From assembly GCF_001194135.2 (NCBI RefSeq), contig NC_068981.1, positions 56,235,955-56,286,961 of the forward strand: a DNA stretch of 51,007 nt, written 5' to 3'. Under the pieces are notes generated by a model that was not told where the DNA came from, did no database searches, and saw nothing but the letters and a program-made list of their open reading frames with translations. Source of the stretch: Octopus bimaculoides. Taxonomy: Eukaryota. The translations under genes and the position numbers were made by a program. Shown in pieces: positions 1 to 10,685 of the stretch. Every line of letters starts with the position of its first letter. Position 1 is the first letter of the stretch.

Positions 1-31
<31 letters not shown>

Positions 32-300
32 GTATAATGTCATTTTCTGTAGCCTCAGGTGATCCCATACTTTGTGATTGCCATTAGCTAGACAAAAAAA
101 ATGTATACCAGACCGTCGACTGAATTAACCTGTGACTCAGAAAGTATAGCCTTGTCACACGTTATGTCACTCTGATTGTGCCTGAGAATTACGTTAAGCG
201 TACACATGTCTGTGGATTGCTCAGTCAATTACACGTGAATTCACGAGCAGTTTACTCATTTGATCGAACATCTGAATCCTTATCGTCGAACAACAGAGAT

Positions 301-1114
301 CCAACATATACAAACGCGCAAAAACACACATGTCAATCATGTAAATGCATAAACTCTGATTTGGACCTCTGTGTGTGTGTGTATAAACTAAGAACCACTC
401 CGATATGTACACACACACACACACACACATGCATGCATAAACACACGCATGCATACACATATGCACAAATGCACACATCCACATACACAGACACACAAAC
501 ACATACACACACACACACCACATGCATGAATGGAATACTCATAAACACAAAGACACACACGCACAGAATATACACACATATATAAACATATATATTTATA
601 TATGTAGATATGTACAACTAAGAAACATATAATGTTACAACGTATATATTTCCACCCTTATGTGTGAACGTATATCACACAAACGGAAATACGCACGCAG
701 TTAATCGTTCACATACACATATATGTAATGACAGAACAGTACTAGTTGAAACGACATGAACACCGTAGAATAAAACAGAAACTAGAGGTTTATGAATATA
801 TAAACACGCAAATTTAATAAACTATCTCTTTTCATCTATATTTATTTATAATTCATCTCTTGGGTAAAGACCAGCTGATAACGGAAAATCTCTTGGGTGA
901 TATAAAATATCGATTAGTAATCGAAATCAGGCTTCCTATAAAGCAATTAAATATCATTTCTATATTGAAAAAAGATGCCAACATTATTTAATACAAATCA
1001 TGCTGCAAATCTTTTCATCTGATACTCACACACGCAGAGACGCATACATACATACATGCATACATACAAACATGTACGCATACATGCACATACACATATC
1101 TATCTATCTATCTG

Positions 1115-1148
<34 letters not shown>

Positions 1149-1220
1149 GATCTATCTAAGTTTACACACAGGCACCCACGCACATATATATGTATGCATA
1201 TTTAAGCATGTGTGTGCGTG
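301..1220. repeat. Compound microsatellite tract (CA)n/(TA)n/(TCTA)n
   Basis: Direct: runs of ACAC, ATAC and TCTA; overlapping ORFs are His/Thr or Cys/Val dinucleotide translations. Confidence 0.9.
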
Positions 1221-1686
1221 TGTGCGAGTGTTTGTAATAAGTGTTTCTATATTATTGCTGAGTACACAGTTTAAAATCGCGTATTATGATAAACATATTT
1301 GATATTTCTCGTGTTAGTTAAATGTCTGATTAGGGTCTTTTTGTTTACTTATTGTAAACATTAAGAGCACAGATTAAAATATCAAATTTCCTCTCGATAT
1401 AAAGTACCTCACTTATCCTCAATCAATGTAGTAGAAGCGCAATTACTTTCGGTAGGCTTCGAAACAACGAATCCTTCCAAATATTTGCCACAAACATTTT
1501 ATATTAAACTGTATATTAGATTTACTGATTATCTCTTAAGATCAGAATATCTCTACCTAACGACAGATATTTAATGTTTGCAGACAATAACCCGAACTAT
1601 AGTTCAGTTCCAATTACTAAAAGATTTAAGCCGTTGTTTTTAGGTTGTTTAGCCCTTGCTCAGCCATGACCTAACACACATATAAT

Positions 1687-1899
1687 CCTTTCTACTATAA
1701 GCGCAAGGCCTGAAATTTCAACGGAGGGAACTAGTCGAGTACATCGACCCCTGTGCGTAACTGGTATTTATTTCATCGACTCCGAAAGGATGAAAGGCAA
1801 AGTCGACCTCGGCGAAATTTGAACTCAGAACGTAAAGACGGACAAAATGTCGCAAAGAATTTTACCGGTGTACTAATGATTCTGCCAACTCGCCACCTT
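1687..1899 (-). mobile_element. tRNA-derived SINE, local family A
   Basis: Reverse complement of AAGGYGGCGAGYTGGCAGAATC-head with GAGTTCAAATT B-box and GTCGACTTTGCCTTTCATCCTTTCGGAGTCGAT core; same sequence recurs at 24700, 24935, 25990, 37187 and 43775. Confidence 0.85.
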
Positions 1900-1924
1900 C
1901 CCTAATACATATATAATGAGAAGC

Positions 1925-2150
1925 ATTCAATTATGACCATCCAGTCCTTGCTTTTCAGATCAATTATATCCAGAAATAGTTTAACAAATGACATCATCTT
2001 TTTAATGGTTGTAGGGTGTGATTTGAAAAATATTTGTCCGCTGTCTCTAGTTTGTCTGATGAACACATACATGCTTCCTTATAGGTTCCAGAGAACTGTT
2101 AGAAAGGTATTTTAAAGGAAAATGTTTGCCGATTATTCCAGAAGTTTAAT
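1925..2150 (-). mobile_element. Degenerate Penelope-like RT thumb fragment
   Basis: Minus-strand frames give LSNSSLEPIRK and SNHTLQPLKR, resembling the PLE L.L.N.S..PYRK...SNHP motif; frameshifted. Confidence 0.45.
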
Positions 2151-2194
2151 GCAACTTGCATATTTATTACGTCATAAGAATTTAGGAATTTTGA

Positions 2195-2340
2195 GCGATA
2201 TGAAATAAATCGATTTTAACGGCGGAAGTCGAAGTAAATAATGTTATAAATAATAGCGTGTAGAATATTGGACCAAAAAAGCCCTCGGATGTAAAAAGCC
2301 GAAGGCAGCCCGTGGAACTCGAACTGACATCTTCGGTTGT
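2195..2340 (-). mobile_element. Old tRNA-like SINE, local family D (head truncated next to a family B SINE)
   Basis: Inverted homology with 2870-3040: GATATGAAA..TCGAAGTA.ATAA..TATAAATAA...GTGTAGAATATT...GAAGGC....GTG.ACTCGAAC..ACATCTTC. Confidence 0.55.
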
Positions 2341-2469
2341 GTGATAAGAAGCTTGTTTTCTAACCACATAGTTCCGGGTTTAGTCCCACAACATAACACC
2401 TTGGGCAAGTATCTTCTACTTTAGCCTCGGGCCGACCAAAGCCTTGTGAGAGAAGCCCGTCGTATGTAT

Positions 2470-2561
<92 letters not shown>

Positions 2562-2820
2562 GCACATGCTCACACACACACAAACACATACACGTGTGTG
2601 TGTATTTCTGTCTGTGTTTGTCCCCCATAACCGTTTGACAACCGGAGTTAGTGTGTTTACGTCCCCGTAACCTAGTTGATCGGCCAAGAGATCGATAAAA
2701 TAAGTACCAGACTTAAAAAATATACTGGGGTTGATTCATTCGACTAAAGATTCTTCAAGGTGGTGCCCCAGTATGGCCGCAGTCAAATGACTGAAACAAA
2801 TAAAAGATAAAAGATAAAAC
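2340..2820 (+). mobile_element. tRNA-derived SINE, local family B (CORE-like), with internal (CA)n
   Basis: GTTCCGGGTTTAGTCCC head, ACCTTGGGCAAGT MIR/CORE-like motif, central microsatellite, TAAAAGA tail repeats; homologous to 17371-17716. Confidence 0.85.
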
Positions 2821-2869
2821 ATGTCAGATGTTCTATCATAGTACCAGAGCAATCCTTTGAATTTCTCCA

Positions 2870-3040
2870 TCCATCTTAGAATATCATCACGTTTACGGAA
2901 GATGTGGGTTCGAGTCACACTGGTAGCCTTCAAATTTTCAATCCAAGGGTTTTTTAAACCTAATATTCTACACATTGTTATTTATAGCTTTATCTACTTC
3001 GAGTTTCACCATTAAAAATGGTTTTTCATATCTCGCGAAG
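2870..3040 (+). mobile_element. Old tRNA-like SINE, local family D
   Basis: B-box GGGTTCGAGTC at ~2907; body shared with 2195-2340 (inverted) and 3560-3635 (direct). Confidence 0.55.
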
Positions 3041-3164
3041 CTTCTGAATACTTATGGCGTAAACAACACACAATTCTAGCTGGTAAGAATAACGCTTCTA
3101 AAATGGACGAGGAAATTCGCCGGATTAGTTTGGTATAACAGTAGAACATCTGTCATATTAACAG

Positions 3165-3558
3165 AAAAGTCCCACGGGGTCACCTAACCCCTTGGGGATC
3201 GTTGGGGTGCTGCAGCCATGCAGCATATCTAGGGCGAGAAGGCCAGGCAGCCCATCCCTCTCCAGACCAAACTCATTTCTACAGCTGAGTGGACTGAAGT
3301 GTTTTGCTCAAGAACACAACAGATTGCCTGGTCTAGGGATCGAAACCACAATCTTACAGTCGTGAATCCAGCACCCGAACCACTAAGCGACGCACCACTA
3401 CTTGTAGTACTCATTTCTACAGCTGAGTGGACTGGAGCCACGTGATGTGAAGCGTTTTTGTTCAAGAACACAACGCATCATACGGTCCAGGAATCGAAAC
3501 CACAATCTTACGATCGTGAGTCCAACTCCCTAACCACTAAGCCACTGCGTCTCCACTA
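3165..3558 (-). mobile_element. Two tandem tRNA-derived SINEs, local family C
   Basis: Two copies of GTGGTTxGGG..CACGA..GTAAGATTGTGGTTTCGAT.CC...GTGTTCTTGA.CAA....CAGTCCACTCAGCTGTAGAAATGAG; same head at 26243, 44232 and 46205. Confidence 0.8.
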
Positions 3559-3559
3559 C

Positions 3560-3635
3560 AACATTCTACACACTATTATTTGAAGTTTTATTTACTTCGA
3601 GTTCCACTCTTAAAAAGGATTTGTTGCATCTTTAT
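3560..3635 (+). mobile_element. Family D SINE body fragment
   Basis: ATTCTACACA.T.TTATTT..AG.TTTAT.TACTTCGAGTT.CAC matches 2965-3030. Confidence 0.45.
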
Positions 3636-4739
3636 ATTTCAAAGGCAGACAAATAATAGCGAATTTGCAACTATTGCTTAACATTAACTAGATGGAAAAT
3701 TTGACAACACAACAACTTTAATTTCTTGTGTTTTATACACATAAGGTTATGGTTTCGCTTTTGGCAACTGCTAATTTAAGAAAGGGCCTACAATTATTGA
3801 GGCGCATTATATAAGCCGTCAATTAAGGCGTGTCGCATAATCATATCACAGCCCACAACAGCTATACTGAACCACATCAGTGACACATACTACAAAACGG
3901 AAGTAGCCGAGCCATCGAGTGAAATTTTACATAGTCGCTCGACCTGCAGTAAATAGTAACAGAATTTCTCTCAAATAACCCCTTACTTTCTTTAAATGAG
4001 ATTATTGAATAATGTGTTTCTAGATACGATACATCTGAAAAAACGAAAACGAGCAAAAAAACAAAACAAAAATAAATTAAAGACGAAATATTTTCATCAT
4101 CGTTCAGCTTCATCAAAGATAAATCGGGGCCGAACAACAGAAGCAAGCCGAAATAATCGAACTCTAGTGCTAAAAAACGACGTCGGTTACTTACTTTCTA
4201 TCAAGTGACTATTGAATGATTCAATAAAATATATTTATAACAATTTATATTATTCACAAATCATGGTCAATATACCACAGCATTTACGTCAGGAGGAATT
4301 GTATCACCCGAATAGTTGTTATAACAAGGCAGTCTTCGAGTTAACCAACAGACGGTCGGTTATAACGGAAAAGTTTCAAGCTCACAAGCAGAAAAGAAGA
4401 AAAGAAAGATAAAAAAGTTTCTACATTTTATCGGCGTTATCGTTCACACTAAATACAACTGGGATTTGCTAGCAATTTCTTGTGGATAGAATATTCCGTA
4501 ACAGGGCTCTAGTTATGGACTGTATAGAACTCCACTGAAATGTATACCTACTCCATGTTATTGGTCTTAACAAATGCTCTGTTCAAGCAGGCTTTGCTTG
4601 CTCCTTTCTTCCTTCTTCATATATACAAGTATGCATATGTCTTTTAAGTGTACAATCAAACATAAATAAATGCACACATATAGATACACACATAAACACA
4701 CACATGCCATTGTGTAGGATTTTACAACATTGTTAACTG

Positions 4740-5862
4740 GCTGAAAGAAATTTCGACGTCATTCAAACAAATGCAGCTCATATTGTATCAGCAAGAGATA
4801 TAATTCGAAAGATTTATAGAACACGATGAACATTCCCAAAGGATGCATATGGAATTAAACATAAAACAGTCTAAGGATTCCCATCAGAAAATTATAGACA
4901 TTACCCAGATATTGAATGAAGAAACATTGTTCCACGATACAAGAAATCCACATGTTCTGAAACGGATAACGTCGTCAAAGTTATAATAAATCTATGTTAT
5001 TCGTCGACCAAGGAATCACGTTAGTCTTGGGACAAGGAATAGTACGAACGCATTGTTTCAGGTAGAATGGCAAATACAGGACAATTCTTGACTTGTGTGA
5101 TTACTATTTAGAAAACTAGGAACGCTAGAAAATGACAGACTCTGCGAATTTATATTATGAAAAACCCTCGGGATTTTAACCTTCAATGAAGCAATATGAA
5201 CACTTTACTTAAACAAATATTTGGTAAACCATCTTCTCTCTTTTACAAAGCAAATATTTCCAAACTGGCCGAACGTGATATAGATAACTTCTTTACTTAC
5301 ATCACTATAATCAACCGAGAATATTAACGGTTTAGACTTTGATAAAATGATTCCTGACCAACTTGTTATAACGACTTGTTACATTGTCTTTGAGTTTTAC
5401 TCGCATAGAGAAGTTCATATAGAGCATGAGTACTAAATATAATCGAATATAAATCAAACACAGAAGTGACTACAGAATATCGATTAAATGATAATTTTAA
5501 ACATGACAAAAAGCCAAAAAGAAAGAAAAAAGAAACTCGTATGGCTGCTCATACTTCGGACAATAAAAGTGCAAAATCTCAGCACATAGGCAATGCTGAC
5601 ATTGGAGTCATGTTAATTTTAAAAGCTGTCATCTCAGAAATACAACAAATAGGAGCCCAAAAGTTAGATTGAAAATAGAAACAATACTAAAATGTAATCA
5701 TTCTTAGAAAACAAGTACAGAATACGCTTTCCAATATATATTCATTTCACCCTGAATGAGTGGAAGTCAAATTTACATACGTAGATGGGTATCAGCCCAT
5801 TCAGCACATGGAATATTAAAAAGTTAAAACAATATTGAATATGCGTCAATAGAAAAATATTA
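4740..5862 (+). mobile_element. Decayed Penelope-like RT region (5' part, interrupted by TIR element)
   Basis: Stop-riddled frames give RNIVPRYKKS..NVVKVI (PLE NIT..YKK), VFEFYS (DI.EFYPS) and TYVDG near the expected YxDD position. Confidence 0.45.
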
Positions 5863-6792
5863 GGATCTTTTCCCTTTGAACGGCACATCGAGAAATTAAT
5901 TTTTTGTAACTAAACACTTTCAAACTTCGGACACTGATAGAATGTGTCATATAAAACATCTTTTACTCTTAGTGCTGCTGAGAAAAGTTTGTATTTTTAA
6001 AAGTTATTTCGTGTTAAAGTTGTCGTATTTCGGTAATTTCAACCAATCAATGACGTGTATTCAGCTGAATAAAATTACTGCTGTTGTTTGTCAACAACTT
6101 CCGGCGGTGTATATTTCGTTTGTCACTGTTATTTATGACATATTTCATCTCAGTTACGCTTTTATGAATAAACGAGTGTATCTGAAGCATGTTTACTTCA
6201 TGACACCACCACAATCGTTTTGCATTTCTACTGCTTTTAGTTTTTTTTTTGCTGTTTTTCAGCTACTATTTTCGGAAGGACATTTTTGCCCCCTCACCCT
6301 CCAATTTCTTTATTTTTCACATTTTCCCGTAACTCTAACCCTAAAATCTCAACCCTAACCCTAAAACCCCAACCCTAACCCTAACCCTAAAATCCTAACC
6401 CTAAAACCCTAACCCCAACCCTAACTCTAAGATCTGAGTCCTAACTCTAAGACCCAAACCCTAACCCTAACCCTAAAACCCTAAAGCTAAAACCAGTACA
6501 AACGCACGAACGATATCATAGATAACAGTGACAAACGAAATATACACCACCGATAGTTGTTGTTGACAAACAACAGCAGTATTTTATTCAGCTGAATACA
6601 CGTCATTGATTGGCTGAAATTACTGAAATACGACAACTTTAACACGAAATAACTTTGAAAATATAAACTTTTCTCAGCAGCCCTAAGAGTAAAAGATGTT
6701 TTATATGACACATTCTACCAGTGTCCGAAGTTTGAAAGTGTTTAGTTACAAAAAATTAATTTCTCGATGTGCCGTTCAAAGGGAAAAGATCC
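5863..6792. mobile_element. Non-autonomous long-TIR DNA transposon (930 bp), 8-bp TSD AAATATTA
   Basis: Direct: GGATCTTTTCCCTTTGAACGGC...GCCGTTCAAAGGGAAAAGATCC termini; ~280-bp TIRs (5863-6141 / 6513-6792); AAATATTA at 5855-5862 and 6793-6800. Confidence 0.92.
6330..6494 (+). repeat. Degenerate telomere-like (TAACCC)n array inside the TIR element
   Basis: Direct: repeated CCCTAA / CCCTAAAA / CTCTAA units. Confidence 0.9.
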
Positions 6793-6800
6793 AAATATTA

Positions 6801-7100
6801 TTAGCTGACGATTAGTACATTTCTCAATTTCTGGGAAGTACTGCAGACATTACTAGGTATGTTTCAACCTTTTCTGGCTTCTTGAGCCAAGTATATCTCA
6901 TTGTTACTGGAAGAGAACGAACCACAAAGTTAATAAATAGAAATGAATAAATTGTTGGTCTAAAAAATAGGATTTCTTTAAAAATGCAAATAATTATGAA
7001 AAGCTATCTGTATGACGAATAAGTAAGCGAGCTTATGTCTCTAAAATCACTATATCACACTACATTATCTTCAGGGAATATGAATACCCCAGATAGCTGA
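6801..7100 (+). mobile_element. Continuation of the Penelope-like RT (thumb) after the TIR insertion
   Basis: FLNFWEVLQTLLGMFQPF..RTNH resembles V.FLD+.L.L..G.F.P+....SNHP; YHTTLSSG resembles Y..AL..SG. Confidence 0.45.
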
Positions 7101-7947
7101 AGTGCTTTGTAACGAAATGATTCTTCAAATATTTCGGCAAATTATGAATGTTAAATTCACCTATGAACAGTATGATGCCACCTACATAGAGATCAGAATT
7201 ATCATAGGTGCAAAGTTAGAAGAAATATCGTATTGATCAGACAAAATTCCGGGTAAAATATTTTGATTTTCATCTTTCAACAAATAAAATATAGTTTATT
7301 TGCACGCAAAATAAAATACTTTGGCTTCTCGTCAACACGCATTAGTATGGAATCGCAGCAAAACATCGAACTACAAATAGTAATAACTTTTATCTAAAAA
7401 CCGAAGTAGAGCTGCTTTACTAGAATTTTTAAAGTTCTTCCTATACTCGGTAACAACGCAATTATCGCAAGAACAGTTACAAAGAACGGTTGCTGAAACA
7501 ATCCCTCAAACAATATAATGTCGCATGCGTATATATATATGTATATACGCATGTGTGTGTGTGTAATATATTACTGTTTATGACATTCACAAACTTTACT
7601 AGTATTTATAACATTCGCAAGGTTTAATAGTTGTAATTTTAAGACAGTTCGAGACTCAATCGTTTCAGAAAACTTGAAACATATTCATGTTACACATGTA
7701 ACATGAAGAAAAGTAAAATAAATAGGAACAACGAAATTCTAGCAGCTGATATAAATTCATTATTTATGAACGATTAGTCCTTATCCACACGGTGGTCTTG
7801 CCTTGGAAATACAATATAACTATATATTTGATTTTGCTAGATTCTTGAAGTGAAATCGTGTGTTGAAGCAAATATTATTATATTTGGCGATGGTCATCGT
7901 TCACCGATTAAGCACGCCCACCATTTATTTGATCTTCCCTTCAGCTC

Positions 7948-8004
<57 letters not shown>

Positions 8005-8011
8005 TTTATTT

Positions 8012-8054
8012 GCCAAAGTTCTTTCGTCACACACATTGTGACCTCTACAGTGGC
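8012..8054 (-). ncRNA. Type I minimal hammerhead ribozyme remnant (core A6->U)
   Basis: GCCA-CUGUAGA-G-GUCACA(AUGUG)UGUGAC-GAAA-GAAC-UU-UGGC: helix I 4 bp, helix II 6 bp; ~370 nt downstream of a PLE GIY-YIG stop. Confidence 0.6.
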
Positions 8055-8425
8055 TTTCTGTCCCACGTGTATTCTCTTGTCTTGGCTATTTTGTTTTTTT
8101 GTGGTATGTATTCCTATCTGCACACACGTTTATAATGTATCTGTGTGTGTGTGTGTGTGTGTGCGTGCGTGTGCGTGTGTGTGAGTGTGTGTGTGTGTAT
8201 GTGTGTGTGTGTGCTTGTTTAGTATCTGTGTCTTGTGTACATGTATATGAGTTTGTATGTAACTCTGCTTGTACCCGTGTCTTTTATTTTTTTTTTTTGT
8301 CTCATTCTGTCTTTAGCATGTAAATGTGTGTCTTGTGTGTGTATAATTAGCTTTGCATATTACACTGTTTGTACTTGTGTCATTTATTTGTTCTTTTCTC
8401 GTTCAGTCTTTAGTAGTCAGATTGT

Positions 8426-8705
8426 TTAGTGTGGTGGAATAATGGTTGTGGTGTTAATACTCCATTCACGTTTTCTGTTGAGGCTCGGTCTATCTCCTGT
8501 TATGTGCGTGGCCTCCGTAATCTGTTTGAGTGTCGTATCTGTTCTATGTGTCGATAAGGTCCTAAAGTCTAGGTTATTAACCGAGCCTCCATGTTCTAAT
8601 TGAGCATGCTGATAGAACATTGACGAGCTTTTCTCTTCTTTGAGCTATCGCCAGTTTACACTTATCCGCTCACCTATGCTACGTGCTGTTTCTGTAATAT
8701 TCATA
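8426..8705 (-). mobile_element. Penelope-like GIY-YIG endonuclease remnant
   Basis: ITETARSIGERISVNWR*LKEEKSSSMFYQHAQLEHGG...ITEATHITGDRPSLNRKREW matches YIGET.R...R..EH / E...I....P.LN...EW. Confidence 0.8.
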
Positions 8706-8711
8706 GATAAG

Positions 8712-8975
8712 AGCAGCGAACCACTCCTTTGTAAGATAGGTGGCAGCAAAAACGAAACAATCTCATATACGGTGAGTGAGTGTAGCAAGCTAGCCCAAAA
8801 GCACTTCAAAAAGAGGCACGATAACGTGGCTAAGTTTGTTCACTAGAGGCTATGTGAAAAGTACGGCCTGAACAGAGCACGGAAATGGTACGTATATGAA
8901 CCAGAAGGAGTCACTGAGAACAATGAATATAAAATACTGTGGGATTTTACAATCCAGTGTGACTCCTTAATCGGT
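8712..8975 (+). mobile_element. R4/Dong-like (RLE-type) LINE fragment: zinc knuckle and start of RLE domain
   Basis: LCKIGGSKNETISYTVSECSKLAQKHFKKRHDNVAKFVH*RLCEKYG...WYVYEPEGVTENNEYKILWDFTIQCD. Confidence 0.85.
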
Positions 8976-9059
8976 GCTCAGATTTTACAATCCAATGTAA
9001 TCTAAAGTTATCTGGGGGAAAAAAAACATGAAAATTCACATTCCTGCTTTTGTTAGCTA

Positions 9060-10190
9060 AATATCGTTGAGATTTCTGGACCTATAACAATCGCATAAAT
9101 ACGATATTTTCGTTGTTGATATCAGGCAACCAAAAATTACACTGCTACATTTGTATCCAGTGTTGGATATCTTCATCGCTATTTGTATTCAATAATAGGC
9201 GGCTACCCAGATATTAAAAGTAATTCACCACCTGGCCATAGACTTGAATGGACGAACCGGATACATCGTTGTTTGGTACTGGTTGGTACAAGAACTTTGT
9301 TTTGCTTGTGTTGACCCATGTTTTCATATGTACCTGTGAACATATCGGTAACTATATGTAGTTTTTTCTTTGCGGAAGTTGCACCAATTCTGGCATGGTC
9401 ACTGTACTTAAGCTTAATTATCGATATAGAGTAGAATTAAAGAATTAAATTTGTTCTACCGGGATGAATAGTTTTCCATCTATAATTTGCTCAGTTATAG
9501 TAGGAAGGAAGTTGAAAAAAGAATGTAGTGGTAACGAGAAGACATACACTACACTTCGGTTTCGATGCAGTGCTCAGATCGCGTAACTGTGATGAAGTTT
9601 TGTGAGTAGCCAAGTTCAGCTATCACTTATTGATCTTCCCGATTTGCGGAATCCAGTGTCGTAATGATTATGAAAGAAAGCCATGAGCATCATCAAACCC
9701 GAGTGTCCTTTGACATTTTTTTAGGGAACGGATTACCATCCATATCACTTTTATATAATATCGACATCGTCAACAAGGTAGCTTACAATACTTGCTTGAC
9801 TTGCTACAAAAAGTAGCCAAATATGTCACAGGTTACATCCCATAATCTTAAAAGAAGAAAGTACAAAATGGATAATGATAAATGATTAGCAGAACAAAGA
9901 GAAGAAGGAAAACGGATGCTTAATTGGATTACCTCAGCTAATGCTAAATGACTTCAAAAATCACAAGCGCCAACGAGGAAATTGCTGTGTGGTTGCTTGA
10001 TTTGTTAGAGATAGCATCCCAATCTTCCTCAGGTTATACTTTATCGTCTTGAAAAGAAGGCGATGCATTAAATAATGCCGGTCTAGATAGGCAATACCTG
10101 AAAGAACTCTGCGTTGATAGCTGGGGTCGCTTTTATTATAAGTCTGGTTAGTTGGACGAATCTGCGACTGAGTTAACAACAACCAGCGCC
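9060..10190 (-). mobile_element. Highly decayed Penelope-like element (RT to EN linker)
   Basis: HRLLFKTIKYNLRKI (CRLINP.K.++GKI), FNFLPTITEQIIDGKLF (FNPP...+G+.F), IKLKYSDHARIG..KKKL (+K+SYS..N+...HNKK+L). Confidence 0.45.
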
Positions 10191-10242
10191 ATCACTTCCT
10201 TGTTTTTAACCGTTCCTATTGACACCAGACACNNNNNNNNNN

Positions 10243-10260
10243 TACTACTACTACTACTAC

Positions 10261-10292
<32 letters not shown>

Positions 10293-10530
10293 ATGATGAT
10301 GCTACCACCACCACCGCGGCCGCCGCCGCCGCCGCCACCACCGCCGCTACAATCACTACATAACGTCGTCTACCAGCACTACTAATAAAACCACCACCAT
10401 TACCACCAGCAGCACTACCACCACCGCAATTAAAGCCATCAAAATAACCAACATCACCACTAAAGACACCACCATCAGCAACAACACTACTACCATCGCT
10501 TGCTATGACCACCGCAACAAGTACCAGCAT

Positions 10531-10599
<69 letters not shown>

Positions 10600-10618
10600 T
10601 ACCACTACCACCACCACC

Positions 10619-10685
<67 letters not shown>

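Noticed and set aside
3891-3943. Possible minus-strand exon (CAG|VERLCKISLDGSATSVL|GTATG)
   Set aside because: No recognisable domain and no supported partner exons; expected by chance in 51 kb
6330-6494. True telomere or chromosome-fusion scar
   Set aside because: Array is short, degenerate, single-orientation and enclosed by TIRs with a TSD
9232-9333. Apparent 102-nt phase-0 exon (VHMKTWVNTSKTKFLYQP...)
   Set aside because: Another frame of the same DNA fits the Penelope linker (IKLKYS...KKKL), so it lies inside a TE remnant
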